In this document: positions 31,031 through 41,673 of the stretch, one piece after another
Layout of the letters: each line of letters begins with the position of its first letter
Position numbering within the stretch: position 1 is the first letter of the stretch
From: a virus
Lineage: Duplodnaviria; Caudoviricetes
Direction: 5' to 3' (one strand)
IMG/VR virus record: IMGVR_UViG_3300021387_001019
Location: 36,934 to 100,933 of that record
Length of the DNA: 64,000 bases
Program-made: the position numbers and the translations under genes
The notes under the pieces: model-generated
Told to the model about the DNA's origin: nothing
Databases searched by the model: none
Seen by the model: the letters and a program-made list of their open reading frames with translations, nothing else

Positions 31031-34000
31031 ATGGATAATAATTATACTGTTCTTCATTTACATAGTATGGATTCAAATCCTAAGAGTGGTTTAACAATTG
31101 ATTCTGTTACACCATTTTATGACTACATTTTAAAAGCAAAGGAATGTGGTATGGAGTCATTAGCGTTTACTGAACATGGCTCCGTTCTTCATAATGTCGC
31201 GAAAAAACAAATGTGTGAAAAGAATGGCATCAAATATATCCACGGTCAAGAATTCTATGTAACTGAAAAAATAGACAAAGAAAATTTGGTGAGAGATAAT
31301 TATCATGTTATTCTTCTTGCAAAGAATAAAGACGGCGTTAGGGAGATTAACTATCTCTCATCAAAAGCTAATAACCGAGAGGACGGACATTATTATTATA
31401 CACCGAGGATTGAATTAAATGATGTCATTAATACTTCAGATAATGTATTAGTATTAACTGCATGTTGTGCCGGTATTTTGTGTAAAGGGACATCTGAAGC
31501 AAAGGAGAAGTTTCTTACTTTTATAATCAATAATAAGCATCGATGCTGGTTAGAAATTCAACCACATAGATTTGATTTACAGATTCAATATAATCAATAT
31601 TTATATAATATTTCGAAAGAATTTGGCATACGATTAGTTGCGACAAGCGATGTCCATGCAGTATCACAAGATCATTTGATGGGACGGGCTATCATGCAGA
31701 AATCTAAAAAAATTGAATTCCATGATGAGGATGAATGTGATCTTAGTTGGCATGATTATGATGAAATGGTTAACGCGTTTAAAAGACAGAATTCCTTGCC
31801 AGAGGATGTATATTTAAATGCTATAGCGGAGACTAATAAAATAGCTGATTTGATAGAAGATTATAAACTTGATTATACTAATAAGTACCCGCGCCGTCAA
31901 AATTCAGAGGGTGAATTCAGAAAAAGAATTAATGCGGGAATTATTGAACACGGTATTGATAAGCTTCCTGATTATGAATCCAGGTATTTACCAAGAATTG
32001 AAGAAGAATTCCAAACGTATAAACATAATGATGCAATAGACTTTATGTTGTTAGATTCAGATTATAAAAATTGGATGCGTGAGCATGGAATGTATTATGG
32101 CCCATCAAGAGGCTCTGTTTCTGGAAGTTTAATTGCATATTTAATTCATAGTACGGAAGTTGATTCAATAGAGTATGATTTGAATTTCTCACGTTTTATG
32201 AACCCGGAACGTCAAAGTTTGGCAGATGTAGATACAGATATCTATGCTGATGACAGATATAAGGTAAGAGAATATTTCTTCAATAGACCAGATGTACACT
32301 GCTGTAATATATTAACATTCAATACAATAAAAATGCGCGGGGCAATAAAAGATGTTGCTAGAGCTTTTGATATTCCCGTGGCAGAGGCGCAGGATATTAG
32401 TAATACTGTTTATGAAGACGAAAATGGGAATGAATGTGTACCTGATGATATTAGAAAAAAGTACAAAGAATTATTCTATTATGTAGATATTGTGATGGGA
32501 ACTATTGTATCGTTGGGTAGACACGCCGCAGGAATTGTAGTTTCACCGACAGAGTTGGAGTATGATTTTGGAACATTAACTATTGATTCAGATCCAAGAC
32601 CGGTAAGTCAAATAGACATGCATGAAATTGATTCATTAAATTATGTAAAGATGGATTTACTTGGTCTTAATGCGGTTGGTCTAATAAATAAGGCGTGTGA
32701 ATTAGCCGGAATTCCTAATTTGACGCCAGATATGGTCGATTTTTCTGATGAGAATGTCATTAATTCTATTGCTAAAGATACAACAATGATATTTCAGTTT
32801 GAGTCAGGATTTGCCAGCGAATCATTAAAAAAAACATTTAGCAAGGAAACTATAGATAAAATTAAAAGGAAAAATAAAGATATATCTTATCTTGACATAA
32901 TGGCTATGGTTTCCGGGGCAATTAGACCGGCTGGTGAATCATATAGAGATGCATTATTTAATGGTGAATACCATGATAATGGCGAAGAAGCTCTTAATAA
33001 ATTCTTGCAGCCGACACTTGGTTATCTTGTGTATCAGGAACAAATTATTGATTTTCTTCATGACTTTTGTGGTTTTACAATGGGGCAGGCAGATATAATT
33101 CGCCGGGGATTTGCCAAGAAGACTGGTACTGATAAATATATTCCAATCATTAAAGACGGTGGTTATATGGAAGATATACATGGGAATAAAGATGATAGAT
33201 TCATTCCTGGATATATTAGTGTTGCACAAGAAAAATATGGTATGACGAAAGAACGTGCCGAGAAAAGTATAGAATATTTTTTGCGTGTGATTGAGGATGC
33301 GTCATCATATCTATTCTCAAAAAATCATTCTGTCCCTTATAGTATGATTGGATTATATATTGGATATTTGCGATATTATTATCCGCTTCAGCTATTAACA
33401 GCAGCTTTAAATGTCTATAAAGCAAATGACGCAAAAATGCGAGAAATAAAAACTTACGTCAAATCTAAAGGTATTGAAATAAAACCTATTAGATTTGGAA
33501 AATCTCGCGCAGATTACTTTATGGATGTTGAAGAAAATTGTATATATAATGATATTGAATCAATTAAAGAATGCAATGCTAAGAGTGCAGAAGAATTATA
33601 TGAGTTAAGCAAAAATAATTATAGAAATTTCATTGATTTACTTTTTGACATCAAAGAAAAAACAACTCTTAACAAGACTCAATTAGATATATTGATTAAG
33701 CTTGACTTTTTTATTGACTTCGGAAATATAAATGAATTGTTATATATTACCGAGAAGTTCGATCAATTATATGATAAGAAATCAATCAAAAAAGACTCCG
33801 AATTAATTGAATTGATTGGAAATGAAGTCGCCCGGAAATTTTCTGATTCAGAAACTCCAACTCATGTGGATGCAATCGACCCAATAGAATTTTTCAATAG
33901 TCGTGGCATTACAGATATAAATGAAATGGAAAAATTAATGGATGATTGCCAGAAATATAAATATGAAAAACATGAGGACGGCACACGAGAAAAAATACCT

Positions 34001-34531
34001 AACGGTATTAGTTTTACTAAGATGTATAAAAAATTTGAGATAACTGAGGATGAGAAAAATCAGTTTGCAACAAAGACAGTATACGGTAAATTTGACGGTA
34101 TACATACTCGGCAGTTGTTGAAATATATGTTGGACAACTGTAAATATCCGCCGTGTACAGTTCGTCAAAAAATAAAATATGAACAGGAACTTCTCGGATA
34201 TATAGATTATAAAGACCATAATCTTGACAAAAAATATTTTGTCGTTACGCAGCTTGATACGAAATACAGCCCTAAATTTACAGCATATTGTTTGAATAAC
34301 GGTAATTCCGTTGAAATGAGAATCAGGAAGAATCGTAATCCAAAGAATAATTTCGATAAAACTAAAACTGCATATTCAAACAAACCGTTTAATAATGGTG
34401 ACATATTGTATTTGAAAGCCTGGGGCGAAGAACCGAAAATGAAGAAAACTGATAATGGATGGGAAAAAGATACTTCCACAATGCTATTATGGATGTATGA
34501 TTATGATATAGTAGATGATTTAAATTTATAA
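31031..34531 (+). CDS. dnaE: DNA polymerase III alpha subunit
   Basis: PHP domain (HLHS, TEHG, SDVH), GPSRGS, FSRFMNPER..ADVDTD, GRHAAG, KMDLLGL, YQEQI, YLFSKNHS. Confidence 0.95.
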   Translation: MDNNYTVLHLHSMDSNPKSGLTIDSVTPFYDYILKAKECGMESLAFTEHGSVLHNVAKKQMCEKNGIKYIHGQEFYVTEKIDKENLVRDNYHVILLAKNKDGVREINYLSSKANNREDGHYYYTPRIELNDVINTSDNVLVLTACCAGILCKGTSEAKEKFLTFIINNKHRCWLEIQPHRFDLQIQYNQYLYNISKEFGIRLVATSDVHAVSQDHLMGRAIMQKSKKIEFHDEDECDLSWHDYDEMVNAFKRQNSLPEDVYLNAIAETNKIADLIEDYKLDYTNKYPRRQNSEGEFRKRINAGIIEHGIDKLPDYESRYLPRIEEEFQTYKHNDAIDFMLLDSDYKNWMREHGMYYGPSRGSVSGSLIAYLIHSTEVDSIEYDLNFSRFMNPERQSLADVDTDIYADDRYKVREYFFNRPDVHCCNILTFNTIKMRGAIKDVARAFDIPVAEAQDISNTVYEDENGNECVPDDIRKKYKELFYYVDIVMGTIVSLGRHAAGIVVSPTELEYDFGTLTIDSDPRPVSQIDMHEIDSLNYVKMDLLGLNAVGLINKACELAGIPNLTPDMVDFSDENVINSIAKDTTMIFQFESGFASESLKKTFSKETIDKIKRKNKDISYLDIMAMVSGAIRPAGESYRDALFNGEYHDNGEEALNKFLQPTLGYLVYQEQIIDFLHDFCGFTMGQADIIRRGFAKKTGTDKYIPIIKDGGYMEDIHGNKDDRFIPGYISVAQEKYGMTKERAEKSIEYFLRVIEDASSYLFSKNHSVPYSMIGLYIGYLRYYYPLQLLTAALNVYKANDAKMREIKTYVKSKGIEIKPIRFGKSRADYFMDVEENCIYNDIESIKECNAKSAEELYELSKNNYRNFIDLLFDIKEKTTLNKTQLDILIKLDFFIDFGNINELLYITEKFDQLYDKKSIKKDSELIELIGNEVARKFSDSETPTHVDAIDPIEFFNSRGITDINEMEKLMDDCQKYKYEKHEDGTREKIPNGISFTKMYKKFEITEDEKNQFATKTVYGKFDGIHTRQLLKYMLDNCKYPPCTVRQKIKYEQELLGYIDYKDHNLDKKYFVVTQLDTKYSPKFTAYCLNNGNSVEMRIRKNRNPKNNFDKTKTAYSNKPFNNGDILYLKAWGEEPKMKKTDNGWEKDTSTMLLWMYDYDIVDDLNL

Positions 34532-34792
34532 GGTGGAAATTATGATAGTAACAATTAATCACAGCGATTTCGGGCATCACTGGACAATGACGCTTGACTT
34601 GGAATTTATCTGCGAGAATGTAGGTAAACGTGTTAAGGACGATGACGGGACATATACTCCGTTAACAATACCGCATACTCGCAAGATATTCAAACTAATT
34701 AGGCAGTATAAAGATGATTGCGAGGATATAGATGAATATCTTAAAAAATATCCTCGATTGTTAGAAATATGGAAGAAGGTGAGCGCGTAATA

Positions 34793-35323
34793 GTGTTAGA
34801 GAATTATAGATATACATAGGGAGAACAAAAAGAGCTGCTTGATTCGATAGTGATACTTGTTGATACTCGTGAAAAGGTCAATGACCATGTGATAAAATAC
34901 TTTGACTATAAAAAAATTCCGTGGAAAAATATGAAACTTGACTACATGGATTATAGCTTTATGATTCCTGCAAATGAAAAGCTTGGAATCTCGCGCGATT
35001 TGTATTTTAATAAAGAAATTGCAATAGAAAGAAAAGGCAGTTTGGACGAAGTGTGTGGCAATCTTACAAAAGACCGTGAGAGATTAAAACGAGAATTTGC
35101 ACTGTCACCGGATAATAAGATAATGATTATTGAATCAGCAAGTTACGTCGATATGGTAAAAGGTAATTATACATCGTCTTATGATGCAAAGAGTTTTTAC
35201 GGTACATTTCATAGTTTTTGGCATGAATTTAATTTGCCGATAGTATTTATTCCGGACAAAAACTACACGGGAATGTTTATTCATGGGTATTTCTATTATT
35301 ATCTAAGAGGATTAATAAAATAA
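34793..35323 (+). CDS. ERCC4-domain nuclease (resolvase-like); the probable true start GTG 34793 is followed by an in-frame TAG at 34817
   Basis: ILVDTREK, DYS, IERKGSLDE. The upstream extension MLENYRYT*GEQKELLDS has an RBS (AAGGTGA). Confidence 0.8.
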
Positions 35324-35840
35324 TTTTAGGAGGATATATTATGGGCAAGACAAGAGAGATAATTTGTATTCATTATATAAACAAAGGTAATTGCGATCTT
35401 GGAAAAGATGCCGAATTTTATGGGCTGTGTCAGACTTGCCCACAATATAAAAAGAAGTCTGGTGCAAAACCTGCAAGAACAGACAATAGACGAAAGAAGT
35501 TGGATAAAATAATAAAACGGGAAAGAGATGTTGGGTAATGGGAAAAAATGCAGAAAAAAGAATATTAGATGCCGGTTATGAAGATGTCATTATATTTTCC
35601 GGCGATAGTTATGATGATGCACTAATTGGAATTTCAGAAGATGGACGCGCAATCTATGACTTTAACTTAATGGTTAAGTGGTTAATGGATAATGATGATA
35701 TGGACGAAACAGACGCTATAGAATGGATTGAGTATAATACAATTCGTTCTCTTCCCTATGTCGGGGGAAAATCGCCGATTGTAATGTATGCATTGGAAGA
35801 ATAAAAAAGTTCAAAAAAATAAAATATTTGTAAAAGGGTA

Positions 35841-35869
35841 TTGCATTTTGAATTAAAATGTGATATGAT
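35841..35869 (+). promoter_or_regulatory. sigmaA-type promoter upstream of the vWA/PurA/PARP region
   Basis: TTGCAT-17 nt-TATGAT with extended TG; operator-like GCAAACAAAATAAT at 35883-35896. Confidence 0.7.
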
Positions 35870-36190
35870 TGATTTATCAATAGCAAACAAAATAATTAAG
35901 GAGGCAATAAATATGATCGAAAGACTATCTGGGGATTATAATCGCGGGTATACAAAAGCTATTATTTATATTCAAGAAGTCTTTTCGTATATTAATGATG
36001 ATCTCAAATATCATCGCAAAAGAATGAACGATAAAGTGGCGAAAGAATTACTTGAATGTTGCCTCCAAAATCGAGAAAACTTGAGAGAAAGTGTAAACGG
36101 GTTTATTCGTTGGAATAGTAAACTCGACAAATTTGAATTTTATGAACCATATAATACACAAACAAAATAAATATAAAGGAGAATAAAAAA

Positions 36191-36790
36191 ATGAATACAG
36201 GATTTATGAATGGAATGTTTGGAAAGATTGCACCAGGGATGTGCAGACTGAGTATGAATGGCGAAATCGCCGTCAAAACAAGCAATGGTTATAAAACATA
36301 TAATATGAAGACAGGACGTCTGGTTAACTGTAGCAACTTTGTTTTTGACATTGGAGAAGATTTCTTCTTCCTAATTCCGACAAATAAGGTACATAAAGGC
36401 GATATCATTCTTGTGAATGGCAAGCCTAAATGCGTTGTAAAAGCTGAGGATAACCAGATTACCGTTATTAATTATGAAGACAGTACCGTTGATACTATTC
36501 TGCCGGAACGCCATGTATTTATGGGCAACACATACTTCTACGGTCGTATAATTTCTATGTTCGGTGATAGCTTCAAAGGCGGTAAGAAGAATGGCATTAA
36601 TAATATCTTCAAATACATGATGATGTCCGAAATGATGAAGGGAGGCACTGGTTCTGGTATGAGTAATATGTTGCCATTCATGATGATGAGTAACGGTGGA
36701 TTTGAGAATATGTTTGAAGGTATGTTTGATTTTGGTGATGTTAATACAGAAGATGATGTTGAAGATGATGAAAGTGAGGATGAAGAATAA
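36191..36790 (+). CDS. Hypothetical protein with Met/Gly-rich, acidic C-terminus, translationally coupled to the vWA gene
   Basis: RBS AAGGAG; TAATG stop/start overlap with the next gene. Confidence 0.8.
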   Translation: MNTGFMNGMFGKIAPGMCRLSMNGEIAVKTSNGYKTYNMKTGRLVNCSNFVFDIGEDFFFLIPTNKVHKGDIILVNGKPKCVVKAEDNQITVINYEDSTVDTILPERHVFMGNTYFYGRIISMFGDSFKGGKKNGINNIFKYMMMSEMMKGGTGSGMSNMLPFMMMSNGGFENMFEGMFDFGDVNTEDDVEDDESEDEE

Positions 36791-37644
36791 TGGGTGGAGG
36801 AAGTTGGACACGAAGTTCGTTTGCTTCGTACACTGCAAGTAGCAAAGGTGCAACACTTGATTGTCTTGGAGTAGTTGATACATCAATAAGCAACCAGGAA
36901 ATGTTTAAGAAACGGGAAATTGACTCGGCACTTAATCCTTATGATGTTATGAGAGAATGTTTGGATAGTGAAGAACATCCAGAGACATTGCCTGTTGTAC
37001 TTGCGGTGGATCTTACAGGCAGTATGGGCCAGTCAGCAGTTGAAGTTGCCAAGAAACTTAATGTCATCATGACTAATCTATACGACAAGGTTAAAGATGT
37101 TGAATTTATGATTATGGGAATTGGCGATCTATATTGTGATATTGCACCTATTCAGATTTCACAGTTTGAGTCTGATATTCGTATTGCGGAGCAGCTGGAC
37201 AAACTGTGGTTTGAATTCGGTGGTGGCGGTAATATGTGGGAATCATATACTGCAGCTTGGTATATGGCTTCTCGCCATTGCAAACTTGATTGTTGGAAAC
37301 GTGGCAAGAAAGGCATTATCATTACAATGGGCGATGAAAGACTTAATCCTTATTTACAGCATAAGGAATTGATGCTTCAGACAGGTGACGATCTCGAAGC
37401 AGACATTTCAACTGAAGATCTTTTTGCAGAAACATCAGAAAAATATGATATTTACCATATCCAAGTTGATCATAGCAAATATGATTATGACCATGAAGGA
37501 ATCGATAAATCGTGGAAGATTCTTGGCGATAATTTTAAACGAGCAAATCTTGACAATATTGCCGATGTGATTGTGGAAATTATTACAAATAATGAGTCAA
37601 ACACCTCGGCAATACATACGAACACAGAAGGAATTTCGTGGTAA
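36790..37644 (+). CDS. vWA (MIDAS) domain protein
   Basis: MGGGSW N-terminus, DLTGSM, GGGGN..ESY, TMGDE. Confidence 0.85.
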   Translation: MGGGSWTRSSFASYTASSKGATLDCLGVVDTSISNQEMFKKREIDSALNPYDVMRECLDSEEHPETLPVVLAVDLTGSMGQSAVEVAKKLNVIMTNLYDKVKDVEFMIMGIGDLYCDIAPIQISQFESDIRIAEQLDKLWFEFGGGGNMWESYTAAWYMASRHCKLDCWKRGKKGIIITMGDERLNPYLQHKELMLQTGDDLEADISTEDLFAETSEKYDIYHIQVDHSKYDYDHEGIDKSWKILGDNFKRANLDNIADVIVEIITNNESNTSAIHTNTEGISW

Positions 37645-37685
37645 AAATGTTAACAATTTTAAAATATTGATAATGAGGAAATAGT

Positions 37686-38846
37686 ATGAACACAAAGGTT
37701 AAAGTTGTAGTAGGAGGATCGTTTGGTGACGAAGGAAAAGGCCTCGTAACAGATTATTTTTCTTTAGAACCATTTATTAACAAACAAAATATATTAAATG
37801 TGTTATCCAACGGCGGAAGTCAGCGTGGTCATACTGTTTCTTTACCTTCCGGCGAGCGTCATGTATTTCGGCACTTTGGTTCAGGAACATTTCTTGGCGC
37901 CTATACATATTTACCGAAGTATTACATTGTTAACCCTATGAATTATGTTGACGAACTTCGTCAACTGATTAATTGCAAAATACCTATCCATGAAACATAT
38001 ATTCACCCAGATTGTTTACTGACGACGCCGTTTGATATGGTTGCAAATCAAATGATTGAAGAATCTCGTGGAGATCAGCGTCATGGGAGCTGCGGCGTTG
38101 GAATTTGGGAAACCATCCTACGAGATGGAATTACAGTTTGTGAATTTTTTGAGAAATCTGATGAAGAAAAAGCTGAATACTTGCGTTTCGTCAGAGATGA
38201 TTACTTTTCTACGAGAATCTCATCCAAGGGCATTCGTCCAGATAAGGAATGGGAATCGATTATATATAGTCCCTCGTTAATTAGTAATTACATTTATGAT
38301 TTTAACTTAATGATGCGGAATAGCTTGTTTACCGATGATAGTATTTTAAATACATTTGATTATATTATCTTCGAAAATGGTCAGGGGTTGTTGCTTGATC
38401 AAAATATACAGGGTTATGGCAAGAATACAACACCGAGTAACACAGGGTTGAAAAACCCGGCTGAAATGATTAATAAATTACCTAATGATGTAAATGTTGA
38501 AGTGTGTTATGTTACGAGAACTTATATGACTCGTCATGGGGCTGGAAGATTTGATACTGAATATCAACCGGAAAAAATTGGGTTGATTTCTCCGGACAAA
38601 ACAAATCAAACTCATCCGTTCCAGGGCAAATTAAGATATGGTGTTTTGGATTGGAATGCTACTCTCCAGAGAGCAATTGATGATTTTCAGAGGTACGGAA
38701 AACCAGAATGGAATATGTCATTCTTTTTTACTCATACTAATGAGTGCGGAATTCCGTTTGAATATAAAACTAATTTCACAACATACTCATCAGATGGTAT
38801 AACAAGAGATTCCGTAAAAATTATTTATAAGGAGAATAAAAAATGA
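37686..38846 (+). CDS. Adenylosuccinate synthetase (PurA)-like protein
   Basis: FGDEGKG, GGSQRGHT, HGSCGVG, FENGQGLLLD, TTPSNT, TRTYMTRHGAG. Confidence 0.85.
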   Translation: MNTKVKVVVGGSFGDEGKGLVTDYFSLEPFINKQNILNVLSNGGSQRGHTVSLPSGERHVFRHFGSGTFLGAYTYLPKYYIVNPMNYVDELRQLINCKIPIHETYIHPDCLLTTPFDMVANQMIEESRGDQRHGSCGVGIWETILRDGITVCEFFEKSDEEKAEYLRFVRDDYFSTRISSKGIRPDKEWESIIYSPSLISNYIYDFNLMMRNSLFTDDSILNTFDYIIFENGQGLLLDQNIQGYGKNTTPSNTGLKNPAEMINKLPNDVNVEVCYVTRTYMTRHGAGRFDTEYQPEKIGLISPDKTNQTHPFQGKLRYGVLDWNATLQRAIDDFQRYGKPEWNMSFFFTHTNECGIPFEYKTNFTTYSSDGITRDSVKIIYKENKK

Positions 38847-39253
38847 GAATTAATAAGATAAAAATGGATATTGCAACTGTTCCACAGGGATATTGCCTCG
38901 TTGGAGCATTCAGCACAGATATGAAATTTGAAGTTGGAACTCCTGGACTTTTTAACAGGATGTTTGATATTACAAATAGAATTGATGAAAAATGCAAAGT
39001 TGGAACGGCAAAAAGAATTGACAATCTTTATATGCTGTTTGTGAAAGAAAGTAGTTATGACACATTAAATTCTATCAATCTTGCACTGGCACTTGATGAC
39101 CTTCATAAAAAATTGATGAAAAAGAAAGTTAGAAAGATTGCAATGCCAAAGATTTGTTCTGGAAAGAATGGGATTGACTGGGAAGAAGTCGAAGATTATC
39201 TGTTGAATGTTTTCGATGGTGATGATATTGAAATATTAGTATGTGATTATTAA
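38843..39253 (+). CDS. Macrodomain protein (Poa1p/TARG1-like), divergent N-terminal loop
   Basis: IAMPKICSGKNGIDWEEV C-terminal signature; the usual HCISAD..MGAGIA loop is replaced by GAFSTDMKFEVGTP. Confidence 0.65.
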   Translation: MRINKIKMDIATVPQGYCLVGAFSTDMKFEVGTPGLFNRMFDITNRIDEKCKVGTAKRIDNLYMLFVKESSYDTLNSINLALALDDLHKKLMKKKVRKIAMPKICSGKNGIDWEEVEDYLLNVFDGDDIEILVCDY

Positions 39254-39262
39254 GGAGTTGTT

Positions 39263-40489
39263 ATGGAAGACCATAAGCCTAAATATCTTGTGATGGTATC
39301 AAATGCCAACAATAATAAATATTACCGTATGCTCCCCAGTGCTGATGGTTCATCTTTTACGGTCGAGTATGGCAGAATTGGTTCTTCGCAGCAAACAAGA
39401 AGTTATCCCATGTGGGAATGGAATAAGAAATACAATGAGAAACTTCGTAAAGGTTATGTAGATCAAACAGACCTTATGGAAGATTTAATAAGTGTTGTAA
39501 AGGATAAGTCGGTAAAGTCTGAGTATAAAGAAATTGTTGATAAGAAAATCGCAGAAATTGTTAATCGTTTGATGAGTATGGCTCATCAGAAGGTTCAGCA
39601 GAATTATAAAATTGAATCTAATCAAGTTACTCAGGCAATGATTGACAAAGCTCAGGAAATCATCAATAGACTTCTTACAAGAGATAATGTTAATGATTTC
39701 AACAAAGACTTATTGGACTTGTTTGCAGTGATTCCTCGCCGCATGAGTAATGTAAATGATTATCTTTCGAATAAAGTTGATGACTTCGCCAAAATCATTA
39801 AAGATGAACAGGATCTATTGGATGTTATGAGAGGGCAGGTTATTACACATAGGGCTGAAGAACCGGAAGAAGTTGATAATACACCTATCCATGATGAGAC
39901 AATTCTGGAAGCAATGGGCCTCACATTTGAGCCTGTAAATGACGAAGAAATTGACATGATTAAATTAAAGCTTGGCGATTGCAAGGATAAATTTTACCAA
40001 GCTTGGCGAGTTAGCAATAGTAAAACACAAAAGCGCTTCGATGAATTCGTGTCAAAAGAAAATATTAAAGATACAAGGTTATTCTGGCATGGGAGTCGGA
40101 ATGAAAATTGGTGGTCAATTATTAATACTGGGTTAGTGTTAAGACCAACAAATGTTGTTATTACAGGGAAGATGTTTGGATATGGTACGTACTACTCTCC
40201 AAAAGCAAGAAAATCATTAGGATATACATCACTTAGTGGTTCTTACTGGGCGAGAGGTAATTCAAATAGTGCTTTTATGGCTTTGATGGATGTAGCATAT
40301 GGCACACCTTATGATGTGTATTCATTTGACAGCAAATATTCTAGTTTTAATTATGAAGCGCTTCAGAAAGCTTGTCCGGGGGCAAATTCACTTCATGCTC
40401 ATGCAGGAAGCATGTTGAGAAATGATGAAGTAATTGTTTATAAAGAAGAGCAAAGCACTATAAAATATCTTGTAGAATTGAGGAATTAA
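39263..40489 (+). CDS. PARP-like ADP-ribosyltransferase with N-terminal WGR domain
   Basis: NNNKYY..VEYGRIG..K.RKGY (WGR). Catalytic H-Y-E triad: FWHGSR, GKMFGYGTYY, LRNDEVIVY. Confidence 0.9.
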   Translation: MEDHKPKYLVMVSNANNNKYYRMLPSADGSSFTVEYGRIGSSQQTRSYPMWEWNKKYNEKLRKGYVDQTDLMEDLISVVKDKSVKSEYKEIVDKKIAEIVNRLMSMAHQKVQQNYKIESNQVTQAMIDKAQEIINRLLTRDNVNDFNKDLLDLFAVIPRRMSNVNDYLSNKVDDFAKIIKDEQDLLDVMRGQVITHRAEEPEEVDNTPIHDETILEAMGLTFEPVNDEEIDMIKLKLGDCKDKFYQAWRVSNSKTQKRFDEFVSKENIKDTRLFWHGSRNENWWSIINTGLVLRPTNVVITGKMFGYGTYYSPKARKSLGYTSLSGSYWARGNSNSAFMALMDVAYGTPYDVYSFDSKYSSFNYEALQKACPGANSLHAHAGSMLRNDEVIVYKEEQSTIKYLVELRN

Positions 40490-41205
40490 CTACATGAGAG
40501 TGCCAGAAGAAATTATAAAGGAAAAACTTGATAACCATTTTAACTGGTTAATTAAAGACGATTTATTTCCTAATCCAATACAGCAACAAGAGATTGATAA
40601 ACAATTAAATGAAATCTCTATATTTGAGAAGAAAAGAAATGGTAAATTCCGATTTAAGAAGCAGCATAATTCAAATACCAAAGAAATCAAAATCGGTGAC
40701 ATTGTTAAAAAAGATAAAAAACTTGCAACTGTAATTGATATTGATGGGGATGAGTTATGCTGCCAGATTGGGGAGGAGATAGTTATTTGGAATAAAAATG
40801 AGGTGAGAAATACATCATGATGGTATATGCAGTTTTGAAGGGTTGGTATTCGGATCGACACATAGTTGGAATAGTTGAATCAGAAGAGGAAGCAAAAGAA
40901 TTATGCAAGATGTTTAATAAAGAAACACGTTATGATAGCGATTCTGTTTCATATGAAGAATTTGATACGAAAAAATTTGCCGATAAGAGATTCAGGTTCA
41001 TCGTAAATGATTACGCTGGTCTCGGCGATTGGGAATGTGAATATGATGATTACGATCTCTATAAAAACTATAAAGACACAACAAGTCTAGGTGGTTCCGG
41101 TTTCATTGTATATGCAGAATCCCCACAACAAGCAATTAAAATTGCCCAGGATATGAGAGCGATGGAATTAGCAGAAAAGGAAGGAATTATCTGATAGGTG
41201 AGAAA

Positions 41206-41673
41206 ATGCAAACTATATATTTAGCGGCACCAATAGTCGGAATATCAGATGATATTAGACAAGAAGTAATCTACATAAAGAATATCTTATTGCAATCGGG
41301 TTTCTCGGTGTATGATCCCCGTGATCACGGAGTTATTAATGCATGGGGGATGTCGCTAAATGAGTGGGCAAGGTGCATATTTAATCTTGATGTGGTTGCA
41401 ATAGATAATTGTGACTGGATGGTTGTTTTGGATTATGGACGACAAATAACTGCTGGTACAGCTTGGGAATGTGGTTATGCATTTGGTAAAGGCAAGAAGA
41501 TTCTCATTATTGAGATGTTCAATGAAAATGAATACTCGGTAATGATGAGAGGTTGCAGTTCTAATTATTGCAAGCTTAGAGAATTTGTTAACACCGGCAT
41601 TGGCGAAATTCCCGGCAAATTTTTTATTGAGCGTGGTCGTATCCAAAAAAATGATACCGTGACGCTGAATTAA
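41206..41673 (+). CDS. Nucleoside 2-deoxyribosyltransferase family protein
   Basis: IYLAAP, VYDP, DVVAIDNCD, GTAWECGYAFGKGK. Confidence 0.85.
   Translation: MQTIYLAAPIVGISDDIRQEVIYIKNILLQSGFSVYDPRDHGVINAWGMSLNEWARCIFNLDVVAIDNCDWMVVLDYGRQITAGTAWECGYAFGKGKKILIIEMFNENEYSVMMRGCSSNYCKLREFVNTGIGEIPGKFFIERGRIQKNDTVTLN

Noticed and set aside
37686-38846. PurZ / Z-genome (2-aminoadenine) pathway
   Set aside because: The motif is GDEGKG with the PurA aspartate rather than the PurZ serine, and no datZ/mazZ-like genes are recognisable nearby.
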